A stretch of 45,581 nt of DNA from Vicugna vicugna (GCA_013265495.1 MU057936.1:385195-430775), one strand, 5' to 3'; positions 24,246 to 37,379 are shown, counted from the stretch's first letter. Program-made: numbers and translations. The notes: generated by a model from the sequence alone, not told the origin.

Positions 24246-24854
24246 AAATGTGGTGGGGATGCAACTTTTTTTTTTTTACTGATATAACTGAATTTTTCCT
24301 GATAGAAGTCAATATTTTTTACATGATACAAAACATTTAGAGAACTCTGATTTGCATAACATAAGCTATAACATTACTTCCCCCAAGTGTATTTATTTTT
24401 AGTAGATGTTTTGTGAAAGTCAACATATTGGTAACATACAGAAAAATGAACATCTAATGGTATAATTTGAGAAGCTCTGGTCAGCTGAGACTAAGGAACT
24501 TCCTGGTGTATATAGAAATCACATCTAAAATTTAATAGAGTCCCTCACTGAGGTGGTATCTTGATGTATGTCACATAATCCTTAAAGATTAATTCTAGAG
24601 GTAGAAATTTCGAGCATGAATATTGCCAGTGAAAAGGCTTGTCTCCAAACTGAGGGCCTGACTGTTTGAGGCCATGTTATGAAATGAGCCCCCAGTGCCT
24701 GGGAACATCCCTGGGGTTCCTGCAGCAACACAGAATGAGATTCAGAGACACCAGGCAGAGGTCGCTCTTGTTTTCCCTTTGACTATGCATTCAGCAACAC
24801 CTAAGCCATGGGCACCGTGGAAAATGTCTAAATTAATAAAACCACAGGACAAAC

Positions 24855-25560
24855 ATTTTAGAGCAGAAAGACACTCTACTGATCTTCAGCTTCAATGACT
24901 CATCCAGTCTAGAGATACACGTTCATCCCGCCATGTGAATACTTCCATTATTGGGGAACACATTCTTGCCCAAGTCAGTTAATTCCATAGTTGGGCTGTT
25001 CTAGTTCCCTTTTATATTATCTCTGTATCTGCCTCCCTAAAGTTGCCTCCATTGGTCTAGATTCTGCCAAATGGAGCAAAAGAGAATCGCCATGACTCAT
25101 TTCAAAATTTTCAAAACTTCATTTCAAAAATGATAAGACTGCATACATATCAGTGCCACTCTAGCCACCCGCACTGCCTACTGCACTTCCCTTATTCATT
25201 CATATCTGCAGTAGACTAAGAACCTTAGAAATGTATACATTTTCTAAATGATGTTTGATCCTTTCAGAATACCATGGGAGTTCTACATCCATTGATCTGG
25301 ACATGACACTCCCATTAATTTAGAATAAGTTTCCATTAGTTTTTCCAATGGCTCAGTTAACACTGTTAATTGATATTGAGCAACAAGCCCCCCTGGGGGG
25401 TTTTGACATTAACTGCTGTCAAGCTGGGTCTCCTGCATCCAGTACTAATAATTGATCTTTTGGACTTTAATGCAAAGCTCTTGTTTTCCCTTAATAGGGT
25501 TCACCTTGTTGGTTTCACCTCATCATTCTATCCCATAGGATTCCATAATACTTCTGATTG
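24855..25560 (-). mobile_element. CR1/L3-like fragments
   Basis: Degenerate motifs (ttccatagttgggctgttcta, ccattggtctagattctgcc, tccattgatctggaca). Confidence 0.45.
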
Positions 25561-25587
25561 TATTATCTGAGGTTTCTGCCAACTGTC

Positions 25588-26030
25588 CTCTGCAGAAACA
25601 AGAATGCAGCAGACCTGAGACTGGTACCCTTAGAAAGGCCTCTTTGCAAACATGGCCCTTGGCTGGTGTCTGGGAGCTTGGATTTGGGGAGGGTTCTTAA
25701 AATACTCCCTAATTGGTAAAGATGTTTACTGGGCCTGGACTGTTTATACAATGTGTTTTATTCTGAGCACCTACTTTTCCTCTGGAGGTCTGGACTTCTG
25801 CTACATGACAGGCAGAGGGGGCCTATGAGATCAGCCTCCAGTAAAAACCCTAAACTGAGTCTCAAAGGGCTTCCCTGGGCAGAAACATGGCGCAGTATTC
25901 TTACTACATTGCTGTGATAAACCTCAGCCCTGAAGACAACTGTCTGCTGATTCCCAATAATCCTTTTCCATGAGTCCTTCTAGTGAATGTCTGAAAACGG
26001 GTGTGATATTGAGGACATACCTCCTGACAT
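25588..26030 (+). mobile_element. MER21-like LTR
   Basis: ggcccttggctggtgtctgggagcttggattt...ggcagagggggcctatgagatcagcctccagtaaaaaccct...ctcctgaca. Confidence 0.75.
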
Positions 26031-27204
26031 AGAACTACTTGCAGATGTAAACTGCCAGATTCCTACTATCAAGTGGGCTAGGGCTCAAGGATGACTCTGA
26101 CAGTCCTCCCTTGATATGCTTAAGTTTGCATCTTCATTCATTTGGGGTGACTAATAATGACACTGTTTGGTGATGTTGTTCACCATTCAATAAAGCAGTG
26201 CTTCCCAAATGTGTTCTAACAACTCTCATCCCACAAGACTCTCCTTAAATAAAAGGGCCCCCATGTAAAGGATTTTTGAGAATTCTCAAGGTAATAGGTT
26301 CCCCTTTGTCTTTCTCAGCATCACACAGCAGGGGCCATAACTGACACACTCTCCGAGCACAGAAGATGTAGCTTTTCTTTCTCTGACTCCTTCAAATACG
26401 CAATAGAAATATAGATGACATAATATGAAAATTACTCATATAACTTCCACCTAGATGTATTAATGTTAACATTTTGCCACACTTGCTCCCATTCATTTTG
26501 TATAAGAAATTCACTATTTTTGCAACAGAAGTTTCTTTTGTATGCCTCTTCAATGGCATCCTCCAAGCCACTCCTTTCTAACTAGAGGTAATTATTACTT
26601 TGGGGGTGTAGTTTAAGTTTCTTGTCTATGTTTTCACGCTTTTACTATCTGTGTAGGTGGAATTATTCTAGATGTGCTTAATCCTTACAGAAGTGTTATT
26701 GTGTTATAACGTGATTATTTCCTGTCAGTTGCTTTTTTGAGGGTATATTTCTCCAGGTTGATTCATGTAGCCTTGGCTTATATATTTTCACTGATCTGTC
26801 CCATGTAATGTTAGAACTATACTAACCACTTTCTTAAAATGCCTATTCCCAAGCTAATCCTATACTTAATACTTTAGAGTCTCTGGGGATGAGCCCCAGC
26901 CATCAGTATTTTTTCCAAGTCTCCTTGGTGATTCTAGTGTGCTGTGGAGTTTGAAGATCAATGCCCTACCCTAGAACTTAGTTTTACTTGAAAGATTTAA
27001 GGGGGTGTAATTATATGAAAAAAAAAACCAGGGATATATCACAGAGTAGAATGCACAATTCACAGAGCAGTCAAGTACCTAGACCAAGGTCACAGAGTTG
27101 GTAAGTAGGAAAGACAGGATTCACACACGCAGCCCATGGTTGCCTGCTCTCCTCTGCTACGGGGAATAGCCGGTTTGAAAAGTGAGAGTAGTATTGTTCC
27201 AGTC

Positions 27205-27385
27205 CAGTATTTCTTAAAGGGTGGTTCCCCAGACCTGCACTATCAGCATTACCTGGAAACTTGCTAAAAATGCACATTATCAGGCCTCACCTCAGACCTT
27301 TTGAATCAGAGACTTTCAGCATTAAGCCTTGCACTCTGTGATTTAACAATCCCTCCAGGTGGTACACTGATGTTGGAGAACCACT
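27205..27385. mobile_element. MER5A-like hAT element
   Basis: cagtatttcttaaagggtggttcccagacc...atcagcattacctggaaacttgctaaaaatgca...ttggagaaccact. Confidence 0.8.
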
Positions 27386-27600
27386 TGGAGTCTCCTAACT
27401 TTAAAACTTTCCATCAATTTCACATTTATTTTTCAACTTCAGTGAATATCGTTATAACTTCCCTGTCTCTCCCTCCTCTTTTTAACCAATTGTTGACATG
27501 CTTTTCGTTTTATTTTTTTCTATTCTTTTTATTCTCACTAGAGGTGTTTTTAGTATTCATCTTAGTTGAGGTCTTTTACTACAGACAGCTTTGACCATAC

Positions 27601-27688
27601 TTCAAATATTTACAGAGTTGTAAGAAGATCTGTGTCGCCAAAAGAAGACATACTTCTTTTGAACCAGGAAGTATCTAAGGCCCTGAGC
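27601..27688 (-). other. Candidate internal exon (88 nt)
   Basis: Acceptor gatttcaatatttaacag|, donor GAA|GTATGG; frame LRALDTSWFKRSMSSFGDTDLLTTL*IFE. Confidence 0.3.
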
Positions 27689-28016
27689 CTGTTAAATATT
27701 GAAATCTTTCTCTGAGACCAAAACAACTTATGCAATCACCTCACTTTTCAAAACGTCTTAAATATTTTTTAGGCATTAGAAAAGGTGCTCTTATTTAATA
27801 ATCAAACTACAGTAACTAATTATTACACAATATGGTGACATTTGTGAATGTTGTTTCAGTGTTTTTTTAAAAATATTGTGTCAAAGTGCTAGGGAAAAGG
27901 CTCGAACATTAAGATTCTTCATAAATGGGTATGGAATAAGTTTTCTTTTCGAGCAATTTAATATAAGTGTTTATTCCTTTGGTCATGTGGTTCGTATTCT
28001 TTGTAGTAGAGCTTAC

Positions 28017-28111
28017 AAACTGAACAAGTGAGCGTTCCTTGGGCTCAGCTGACACATAAAACCCTGGCTCCCGTGAAAGTAGCAATATGGAAGCACTCCG
28101 CCTATTGTTGG
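28017..28111 (-). other. Candidate internal exon (95 nt)
   Basis: Acceptor cagtttatttacag|, donor TTT|GTAAGC; two open frames (PTIGGVLPYCYFHGSQGFMCQLSPRNAHLFS and NNRRSASILLLSREPGFYVSAEPKERSLVQF); 3 CpGs. Confidence 0.45.
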
Positions 28112-28959
28112 CTGTAAATAAACTGCTCAAGATAGGGACAAAAGACACACTGGAGGAAAGCAGCCATGGGAAACTCATAACATATGCTCTCATTCCAACC
28201 CTAGCCTTTCATATTTTTCTCATGCATCCCTCAGTCTTCTCATCACTCTAAGCATCCTTTTTTCCTTAAGTTTCCCACATAGCCTTCTCCACCCTACTCA
28301 GTCCCTGCATCCAGTTCAGATCCCCCGCACATTTGTTCTGTGGCTATGACAAGTTATTTAGCCTCTGGGAAACTCCATTTCCTCATCTCTGAAATATAAA
28401 TAGAGCATTTAACATAATTTCTGGCATGTTGCAGACAGTAAATGGCAATTCTTATCCACTTCTATCATTATTATGATTCCTGTTATGAATGGTAGAATTT
28501 CAGGTACTATCACAACATGGAGGTGGCCCTAAGTGGCATTTCAAGGATGGGGCAGTGGGAATTGTCTGCCCCTTGGGGTTGGCAATGATACAGCCAGTAA
28601 CAGGATTCACCGACTATAGATAATTTCAATAATAACAGAACTGACTAAAGTCTGCCTGCATTTTATTATCATTATGCACAGCGAAACAGCAGAAGTCATA
28701 AGCCTTCCCGTGTGGGCTGACACTCACACTGCCTGGTCACTGGACACCCCTGGGTTGACTCTGAGGCATAATATTGTATTTTTTCCAAAACAATTTGAAA
28801 ATATTCTGTAGGGTTTTGATAATAAATTGAGCTCACTTTAGAGTTCAGAAACAAGATTCATGTTGACTTGTCAACTTTGGCTGAGCCTCAAAGATTTTGG
28901 TAACTATTAATGGTTTTATCCATTTATTTAAAAAACTAGTACACAATTTTTTCTTTGAA

Positions 28960-29154
28960 AATGTCACAAAGTCCAATTTTGTGTCCATAAATAAGTTTTA
29001 TTGGAACACAGTCACACTGTTTGTCTACATACTGTCTACAGCTACTCTTGCATTGTAATGAAAGAATTAACTATTTGTGACAGAGATCATGCGACCTGCA
29101 AGCCTAAAATACTTACCATCTGACCCTTTATAGAAAAATTTTGCTGACTCCTGA
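28960..29154. mobile_element. MER58-like hAT element
   Basis: aataagttttattggaacacag...aagcctaaaatacttaccatctgaccctttatagaaaaa...gctgactcctg. Confidence 0.8.
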
Positions 29155-30320
29155 TCTAGAGTAAAATATGTATTGAATTAGTGATTCTGTTCTTAAGTAG
29201 AAATATTATACATGTTCATATAAAGAATCAATTTTAAGTAAAAATGATTTATTTAGATCTTTTTGGAACCCCAATTTTATTTATCTGCCCACTGCTGTTA
29301 AGATTCCAGGGTCAGAACTTCCTAAGGAGGACCATCATGGTACTGTATATTGTAATACCTCCCCATATGACAACTCCATATGCAGAGATTCCACATAACT
29401 CCAAAGCCTGGAAGTTACATGTGAGGTAAAGGAAGCCTGAACGTGATAAACACAGACTAATTTTCTTCCCCATCAAAATGGCTAAGTAATTAAATTGGAG
29501 GTCGCACAAAGATGTCTTGGCCAGGAGACATGTTTCATATGTCCTTCATAACACTTTTTAAATGTTTTAAGTTGAATGCCTTTATATGGGGCACGCACTT
29601 GCTACTCTACCACAGTCCTCATCATTCCTTAGTAAATCTTTGACCCATTTTACACATTTAAATGACCTCCCTGACCCAGGGGGGCATTGGAGTTTGTAAC
29701 CCTGGAACTAAAAGCAAAATGTTCCCTGATATAACCACAGTCTACATGTTACCAAAACACTTCCGTGAAAATTACTAATTCTCATCAACGAGGCTATTAT
29801 TTTGTGAGCCACCAGACGTCCCTACATTTTGCTATTATTAATATATGAGGGGCAATGTTACCATTGACATTAAATTAGGGGTAACAATATTTGATTTGTT
29901 GCAGAGGACAGGAGGTATGGACTGGCAATGAAAGTAGTTTTCACTTACTTCCTCCCATCTCCCCCTCCGCCCCTTAACCACGGTTCTTCACCCTCCAACA
30001 ATCTTACATTAATTCACCCAAGAAGTTCTCATGTCTAATACACTCTAGTTGGTGTTTTCTTAAATTCAGATTTCCTAGGTTTCAGAATTCTAGATTATGA
30101 TTCCCCGATATAATATTGCCCTTTGATGGAATATAGTTTTAAATCTTTTACATAAACATTTTCATGTATAGCAACCAAACATCAATATTCCTTTCTGAGG
30201 TAAACTAAGGATGAGATTATTCAAAATGTAAAATATCATTTCTATCACGGAGTTTACACTTTAATGTTACCATTAACAGGTAACAGAGCATAGTGAATTT
30301 AAAAACAGTCCTATACTGAA

Positions 30321-30701
30321 AAATGCCATATGGTATCACTCATATGTGGAATCTAAAAAAAAAGAAAAAAAAAAGAAAAGGACACTGAACTTATCTATGA
30401 AACAGAAACAGACTCGCAGACACAGTAAATAAAACAACCTTATGGTTACCGAGGAAAGGGAGTGGGGAGGGATAAATTGGGAGTCCGAGATGTGCAGATA
30501 CTAACTACTATATATAAAATAGATAAACAACAAGTTTCTTCTGTATAGCATAGGGAACTATGTTCAATATCTTATAATAATCTTTAATAAAAAAGAATAG
30601 GAAAATGAATATATGTATATGCAAGACTAGGACACTGTGCTGTACACCAGAAATTGACACATTACAACTGACTGTACACTTCACTAAAAATTAAATAAAT
30701 G
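30321..30701 (+). mobile_element. 5'-truncated L1 (3' UTR) with TSD
   Basis: L1 3' UTR flanked by 19-bp TSD aaaacagt(c/a)ctatactgaa (30302-30320 / 30702-30720). Confidence 0.93.
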
Positions 30702-30929
30702 AAAACAGTACTATACTGAACTAGTCACCAAAATTTGCCTGCCTTTCAAATGGTGGATCAAAGATATGAGTCTGCTTCTATGATCACATCCAAATGTATA
30801 CATAAGACAAAGTGTAATTAACTGCTATACCATAAGTACAAATAAAGTACTGGGAAATGGGAAAACAGGAAATTAAGAGATCATGAACAGGAAGTAAGAG
30901 CAGAGTAAAGAACAATTTAAACTTCCTCA

Positions 30930-31660
30930 AACTCAAACACATGCTGTCTATAAGAAATTCACTTCAAATATAATGATAGAGGTAGGCTAAAAATAAAAGG
31001 ATGCAAAATGATATACCCTACAAACACCAATCAAAAGAAAGCAGGAGTGACTATACCAATATCATATAAAGTAGACTTCTGAGGAAAAAAAAAATCACCA
31101 GGGATAAAGTGGGACATTATGTAATGATAAAAAGATTGGTCCATAGGGAAGATGTAGCCATCCTACATATATGTATACACCAAACAACAGAGCTGTCAAA
31201 TGCACAAAACCAAAGCGGACACAACTGAAAGAGAAATAGGCAAATCTACAATCATAGTTGAGGATTTCAACACCTCTTTTTCAGTGATTGATACAAATAC
31301 TAGATACAAAATCAGCGAGCATATGAAAGAACTGAATAACAACACCAACCAATGGGATCTACCTGACATCTATAGAACACTCAACCCAACAGCAACAAGA
31401 GAACACCCATTCTTTTCAAGCACACAAGGAATATTCATTCAGACAGGCCATATCTTGGGTCATAAATAAAACTTTAACGGATTTAAAAGAACTGAAATCT
31501 CTGATTGTAATGGCATTAAACTAGAAACCATTAACAGAAAGTTAACAGGAAAATCTCCAATGATTAGGAAATGAAACACACCACACTTCCAAACAATCCA
31601 CTGAAACAGGAAGTATCAAATGAAATTTTAGAAAATGTATTTATGAAATGAATGCAGAAG
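30930..31660 (+). mobile_element. Old L1 ORF2 endonuclease-region fragment
   Basis: ORF 31200-31469 has STIIVEDFNT, DIYRTLNP, FFSSTQG and HILGHK, all L1 endonuclease motifs. Confidence 0.92.
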
Positions 31661-33199
31661 GAAATGAACAATTTAAGTGCATGCCAGCTCTCCTAGGCTT
31701 GCCTCCTTCCTTGCTAATCCTTTCTAACAATTACCCGGGCACAGTTTTGAATGTGTGCACAAAACCACCTGAATTGATTTGTCCAAATCACTGAAGCAAC
31801 AAATTCCTTACTATTTGCAAAATCAACCCAGATAAGGCTACACAAGTCGGTCAGTACTGGCCCTGGGGCATAGGAATGAATGGGAATTCACAGGAGGAGC
31901 ATGAGAAATGGCAAGAAGAAAGCATACTGCCCAGATCTCTATGGGAATATCTGCTAGTTATGAAATTACAGCCAGAAAAAATGAAGACAAGATGTATAGA
32001 CCTAAAGCATCCCTATTTGAACGCCTCGCAGATTCTAAGCATGTATTGGTCATACTCTTCTCCAAAACTTACTGAAGACTAAGAGGTAGTCAGGGAAAAG
32101 AAGGGGTGGATTAGGGGCTTTATCTGACTACTCAACAATCATTTATTAAGCTCCTATCGAATACTGTTAAGTGCTGAAGAGGCCAAAAAAAGAAATAGGA
32201 AACATATCTCTCAGAAACCTTATGGCCTAACTGAATTAAATGGTAGGGGACAGGACATAAAGATGGTGGTAATCTACTACACAATCTACCAAAATTAATC
32301 ATGATTCCCTCTGAGAAGATTATAGTTAACAAAGTTATTAATCTGGCAAGTCCCAAGCGTGAAGCTAACAGCAGGGATTTAAAATGGAGTTGAGGACTTA
32401 AAAGGGAGTGAAAGAGGGTAAAGTGGTGATTTTATCAAATAAAAATTAGCAGTATTTGTTACACGTGTGATGATTAAAATGAGATGCAGGTATTTTTCTT
32501 ATTGTTCTTGTATCCCATAGATATTTCAGGTCATATGTAACTTTCACTAAAAGAGTTAACAATTAATGATGTTGAAATGATCCCCTATGTTCTGTTTCTC
32601 TTCCCTTTCCCAGTTTACAAGTATGGAAGCTAAGCAAATCATGCACTGCCCTTTATAAGTATTTATATCTACAGTAGTAACTAGGTCTCTTGAGATATAA
32701 AGAAATGTGTAAAGATATTGCCAAATATAGGACTCCTTCACTGGAGGTTCTGTTCCAAGAATAGATCAATCTAATGGAAGCAATCATCTGGCCTAGTTTT
32801 AAGAGTGCTCATCTTGTAGACATTTGCATGTGCATTGTTTGTAATAAAAACTGTTCAGATTCACCCATAATTATATTTTAATTTTTTATCATATGATCCT
32901 GTGTTATTATTAAAGAACAAATACAGTATCTCAATTTTAAGTCAATTTTGGACTATCATTTTACTACAGGTTCAAATGCTGAGTATAGTTTATTACAGGA
33001 GTGTTACAAACATGACTTTGTGACAGGTGACCACATTATCTACCTGGGGACTTTTCGTACTGGCATTATAACTATTATTCTCCTGAGGAGGGTCTTGTTA
33101 CTTGTCTGACACCAGTACACCTTTGAGAGACACCTCCTGGCTTGATATTGGGCAATGATTGGCACAGAGAGACTTGCTGGCTAAAATCCTTATTTGCCT

Positions 33200-33530
33200 T
33201 CAGATCTTAGCTTTAACTCCCCTTTCTCTGGCTAGTCCTGGGTGGCCTCCTTCACGTGTCTGATTGTTGGCTCTACGTCAGGAGAGGCAGGGGATGACTT
33301 GGCCACGTGTCGCCCATCATCCAAGAGGCTAGCCTGGACTTGTTCAATGGTGGTAATTATAGGGTTCCCAAGAGAAGCAAAAGAGGGCAAGCATTTTTCA
33401 AGTCTCTGTTTATGTAACATTTGCTATTGTTCCATAAACCAAAGTAAATCACATGGGTAAGCAGAGCCAGTGTGGGAGGGAAATGCTCATGGCTTGGACA
33501 GTAAGAGGAAATGATTTCAGTCTGTTTTAA
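33200..33530 (-). mobile_element. MaLR LTR fragment (old MLT1)
   Basis: aggctagcctggacttgttca...caagcatttttcaagtctctg...ccaaagtaaatcacatgg. Confidence 0.6.
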
Positions 33531-33535
33531 AAGTA

Positions 33536-34017
33536 CATCATACCTAGAAGATATTGCAAGTTTGGTTTCAGGTCACTACAGTAAAGTCAATATTACAATA
33601 AAATGAGTCACATCAATTTTTTGGTTTCCCCATGCATATGTAAGTTATGTTTACACTATGCTGTAGTCTGTTAAGTATGCAATAGCCTTCTGTCTGAAAG
33701 GTGCACATATCTTAATTTAAAAATACTTTATTGCTAAAAAGTGCTAACTATCATCTGAACCATGACTTGTAGCAGTAACATCAAAGATCACTGATCACAG
33801 ATCACCATAACAAATGTAATGATAATAATGAAACAGTCTGAAATGTTGCAAGAATTACCGAAAGATGGCACAGAGACACGAAGTGAGCATATGCTGTTGG
33901 AACAAATGGCCCCAACAGACTTGCTCAATGCAGGGTTGCCATAAACCTTCAATCTGTAAAAAACACAGTATCTGGGAAGCACAGTAAAGAGAAACACAAT
34001 AAAGCGAGCTCTACCTG
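33536..34017 (-). mobile_element. Internally deleted Tigger1 (Tigger1a_Art-like)
   Basis: Both Tigger1 ends present (catacct..gatattgc..; ..aataaagcgag..tacctg), joined across a deletion. Confidence 0.85.
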
Positions 34018-34993
34018 TGATCTTCCGTGACCATTATGGTATTTCTAATTATGGAAACTCATCCTCTGAGTTGTTGATGTTAAAAATCTTATTTTCTACC
34101 TCTTTTTCTCTCTTAGTGAAACATGAAAAATTATTTAATTTGTTAAATAAAATTTTCTTTTGTGGGAAGTCATTTTCTCTCAGTATTTTTAATCATTTTG
34201 CTATTAATCAAAACAATGATCACAAATCTACAATTGTTTTAATTAATCATATTTGAAAACTGAAAAAATAACATAATTGATAAACTAAATATTAAACATC
34301 TTTAAAAATCCCTTATAACAAAATCCCATTTAATAGCTCAGTAATACATTTCACTATGTGTTTTCTTACAAATATGCAAAGAGGTCATCACCACTGAGTG
34401 GTAATATTTGAACACGTGGAAAAAATATTACGTGGTACTCCTGTCTTAGGTGACTGTGTATATGCTTCTTATCTAAAGTTGGCAGCAAGTGAAATTAAAT
34501 GGTTTCCCAAATGACTGCACTGTCAGTCCACTTCCTTTCAGCTAATTGACTGATTTCTGTCATTGCTACCTCCCAAGGGGTCACTTGCATTGATGTGAAG
34601 TATTGACAGGCCCATATGGGACCAAAGCTTCCTACAACCATGGGTTGGTTCAACCCTGTAAGGGGCCTTTTAGAAAACCCGTAACGGGGTCCTTTCCTTC
34701 CAGGAGAGGTGGAATGGGATATCAGCATGGCACTGCAAAGAGGCATATTGTTAGTCCCCATGCAAGTAAACTTCGTAAGAATTCTGGGCCTCAGTTTTTT
34801 CATCTGGAAAATAGGAGATTGCGTTTAAGGTCTTCTCTCAACCTGTGGCTCTCGGTCCATGTGAGAGTTACATGTACCATAGAACCCACACTATTATTTT
34901 CCATAGAAATGGAGAAGGGGCCCTGAGCATCCCCTGTTCTGGTTAACATAGGAGGCAGGAGCAGTCACAACGACCATCTAGTAACATGTTTAC

Positions 34994-35370
34994 CATTCTG
35001 CAGACACAAACCCAAAGTTCAAGTGACACAAGTATAATAGCGGGGTAGGAATCCAAAGCTTCATGTTCACCAAAAGGTTCACAGTCATCATCTGTAACTG
35101 GTGGTGGTTCCATAACCAAGCCTTGATTGTTTTTTTCTGTGCAGCATCCCCTGTGGCTAAAATAACTGCTCCCTGCTTTCTGAAGTCCATCAGGCTGACC
35201 AGGTCAGGAGGGAGTCTGCACCGCATTTCGGGTCCCAGATCCCTTTGAGAATTTGTACGCTTCCAGGTAGAGTCAGTCGTCAACGTAGCGTGCACGTGCA
35301 CATGGACATGCCTCACACGTGTGAGCGATAAAGACAGCTTCCTGGGTCTCGGGCGCCATGGAAAAGCTGC
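34994..35370 (-). other. Candidate first exon
   Basis: CpG-rich; donor ATG|GTAAAC at 34994/34993; ATG in ttccATGG at 35359 (frame with 2 TGA) and a second frame open for 125 codons. Confidence 0.45.
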
Positions 35371-35470
35371 TTATCTGGCTGACCGCTCACTCGCCGTCCT
35401 GTTTCTCACCCACGTCAAGGCATCACCTCTCATCACTTCAACCCCAGTTGGCACTCAGGCCAATCAAGCC
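35220..35470 (-). promoter_or_regulatory. Small CpG-rich promoter-like region
   Basis: Local CpG cluster; palindromic CACGTG E-boxes (35290-35301, 35312-35325), TGACGTG CRE-like site (35417-35411), CCAAT (35460-35464). Confidence 0.45.
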
Positions 35471-35869
35471 ATTCAACTTGAGAGTAAATGCCTCATCTCC
35501 AGGTAAAGTCCACATCCCCTTAAACTTACCTCCCTCACATCTCTTTTCCTTCACTCTCCTCAGGGCTTCTGCACTGAGTAAACAACCTAGCTCTGCATTA
35601 GAGATTTGAGATAGAACTGGGAGTTCCAAGTCTCACAGTCTTTAGAGCTGAGTCCTCAACTGTGCTCTGAAACACCCCTGTCCTTTCCTTCCTCCCTCCC
35701 TGACTCTCGATCTCAAAAGCACATAAAACAAAGAGCACTCAAGTCCCCAAATGCCATGTGAAACAATATTTTTCCTGAACACATTGGAGCCCTGGTTTAT
35801 TCCAAGCCAGTGTTTCAGACTCCTTTTCTCTATGTGAGCAGCCAAACAAGAGCTGTGGCTCTTGAGGGA

Positions 35870-36110
35870 AAGGGGAATCCCTCAGTACTTTTAGCTGCAA
35901 GTAGCATAAAACCTGTCCTACAACAGCTTAAACAAAGATGAAGTTTATTTTTCTCTCATAACAAAGTCTGAGTGTCTGTGGCTTCTGGCCTTGGTCCAGA
36001 AACTTGACAATTTCAGAACCAGCAACCTGTACTTATTTGACTTTTCCCTCCTGGTTGACTGTCTGTGACTATAAGACAGCTGCCCCAGCTCCATATATTG
36101 AGCTGACCGA
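35870..36110 (-). mobile_element. MaLR LTR fragment
   Basis: ttagctgcaagtagcataaaacc...cagcttaaacaaa...tttatttttctctcataac. Confidence 0.6.
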
Positions 36111-36187
36111 AGGTGGTACAAAGAGAGGATTCAAAAGTTAATGGTTTCAAACCAATGGTTTAAAACAGGATTTCCCGAAGCTAAGTG

Positions 36188-36720
36188 ATGCAGGGGAGGA
36201 AATTAATTTTCCTTCTACCCTTCTAGATTCTTGGCTAAGAACCTCCCTGTAATTAAAGACATATGAACAGGAGAAAACCACATAAGTTTAATATCTTGTA
36301 TACCTCTTGTATACACAAGAGAGACCCAGGAAAATGGAGTAACTCCCTAAAAGCCCCACGACCCACCTTAAATACCATCTCTAGCTCAAGACAAAAGGAG
36401 ATATTAAAGGGACAGGAAAGCCAGTGTTTGGAGGCTATCAGGCAAAGCATAGTAAATAAGGGATGTTCTGCAGACTTAAGTCCATGCCTTTTCCACTGAT
36501 AAGAGCTTCTAGAGATTTAGTCATCTTCTTCTTCCTGGTATAGAGAGGGAGACACCCTTACAATGGAGATTTCCCTTATAAAAGTCAATTTCCCTCACAA
36601 AAAAGTAACTTCTACTCTGTTTTCAGAGCTCCTCTTGTGTCTGAAGCTTCTCAGAAATAATCAGCCAAAAACAGTCCTTATGCCAAAGAGGCAAATTTTG
36701 GGATGGCATCTTCTGCTCCA
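36188..36720 (-). mobile_element. ERV solo LTR (MER34/39-like)
   Basis: Reverse-oriented relative of 6653-7229 (ttccttctacccttctag; tatgccaaagaggcaaattttggg). Confidence 0.7.
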
Positions 36721-36944
36721 CTTTAGTGACAATGGTCACTTCACTTGATTCTCTGAGCCTCATTCAAACAAATAAATATTTATTGCTATGTGCTGAGCAC
36801 AAAGCTTAGTAAGACAGTAATAACTGCTCTTCTCAATAAGCATATATTGCCAGTTTTTTGCCTACAATGTATTTTATTCTGATGAAGAAGCTGTGAACAA
36901 CAACAATAACAAAAGAACAAGGAGTGTCACTCATCATCCAGTTA

Positions 36945-37379
36945 TACAAGGGTTAAGTCACAACCCACTGCAGTTGCCCACTGACAGTGCACCATGAAGG
37001 GAATTCAGGATCAAAAAACAGGAAGAGGAACTCTGTGCTTTCGATAAATGGACCCTAGATAGTTAAGATGTACATCTCAGGAAGAATTTCACTGACCCTA
37101 GATTCTTGCAACTTCCCATATAAAAAAGTACTAAAGTCTTTAACTTACCTGTTCTTTGCAATCCTCAGTAATCTTCTACCTAGATGTATGCCTGACTGCA
37201 TGTATTTCCCAGCCAAAAAAAAAAAAAAAACCCACATATGTCCTAGCTCCTCCCCTATCTCTTCAAAGCAGTTTAATCAGACTACTGAGTGGCTGTCTCC
37301 CAGGCGATAGTCCCCAATAAGATGGTCATTAAAACTTAAAATCACAACTCTCATGTTGTGTGTTTTTCTTTAATCAACA
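36945..37379 (+). mobile_element. ERV1-type solo LTR
   Basis: Aligns by eye with 10590-11007 (tgacagtgcac, ctgtgcttt, tagatagtta, ctactgag, cacaactct, tcaaca). Confidence 0.75.

Larger units (their letters stand above)
784..35370 (-). pseudogene. Candidate decayed multi-exon gene (unitary pseudogene or spliced lncRNA); product not identified
   Basis: 7-9 minus-strand segments in non-repeat DNA with acceptors and donors, and more CpG than the flanks. Joining 35359-34994, 28111-28017, 27688-27601, 20400-20194, 12050-11910, 3489-3401 and 1022-959 gives 1050 nt from ATG to TAA with 7 internal stops. The model was assembled by eye. Confidence 0.4.

Noticed and set aside
10590..37379. Same-family direct LTRs as the two ends of one provirus
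   Set aside because: 26 kb apart, clearly diverged from each other, with no gag/pol/env between them; they are independent solo LTRs.
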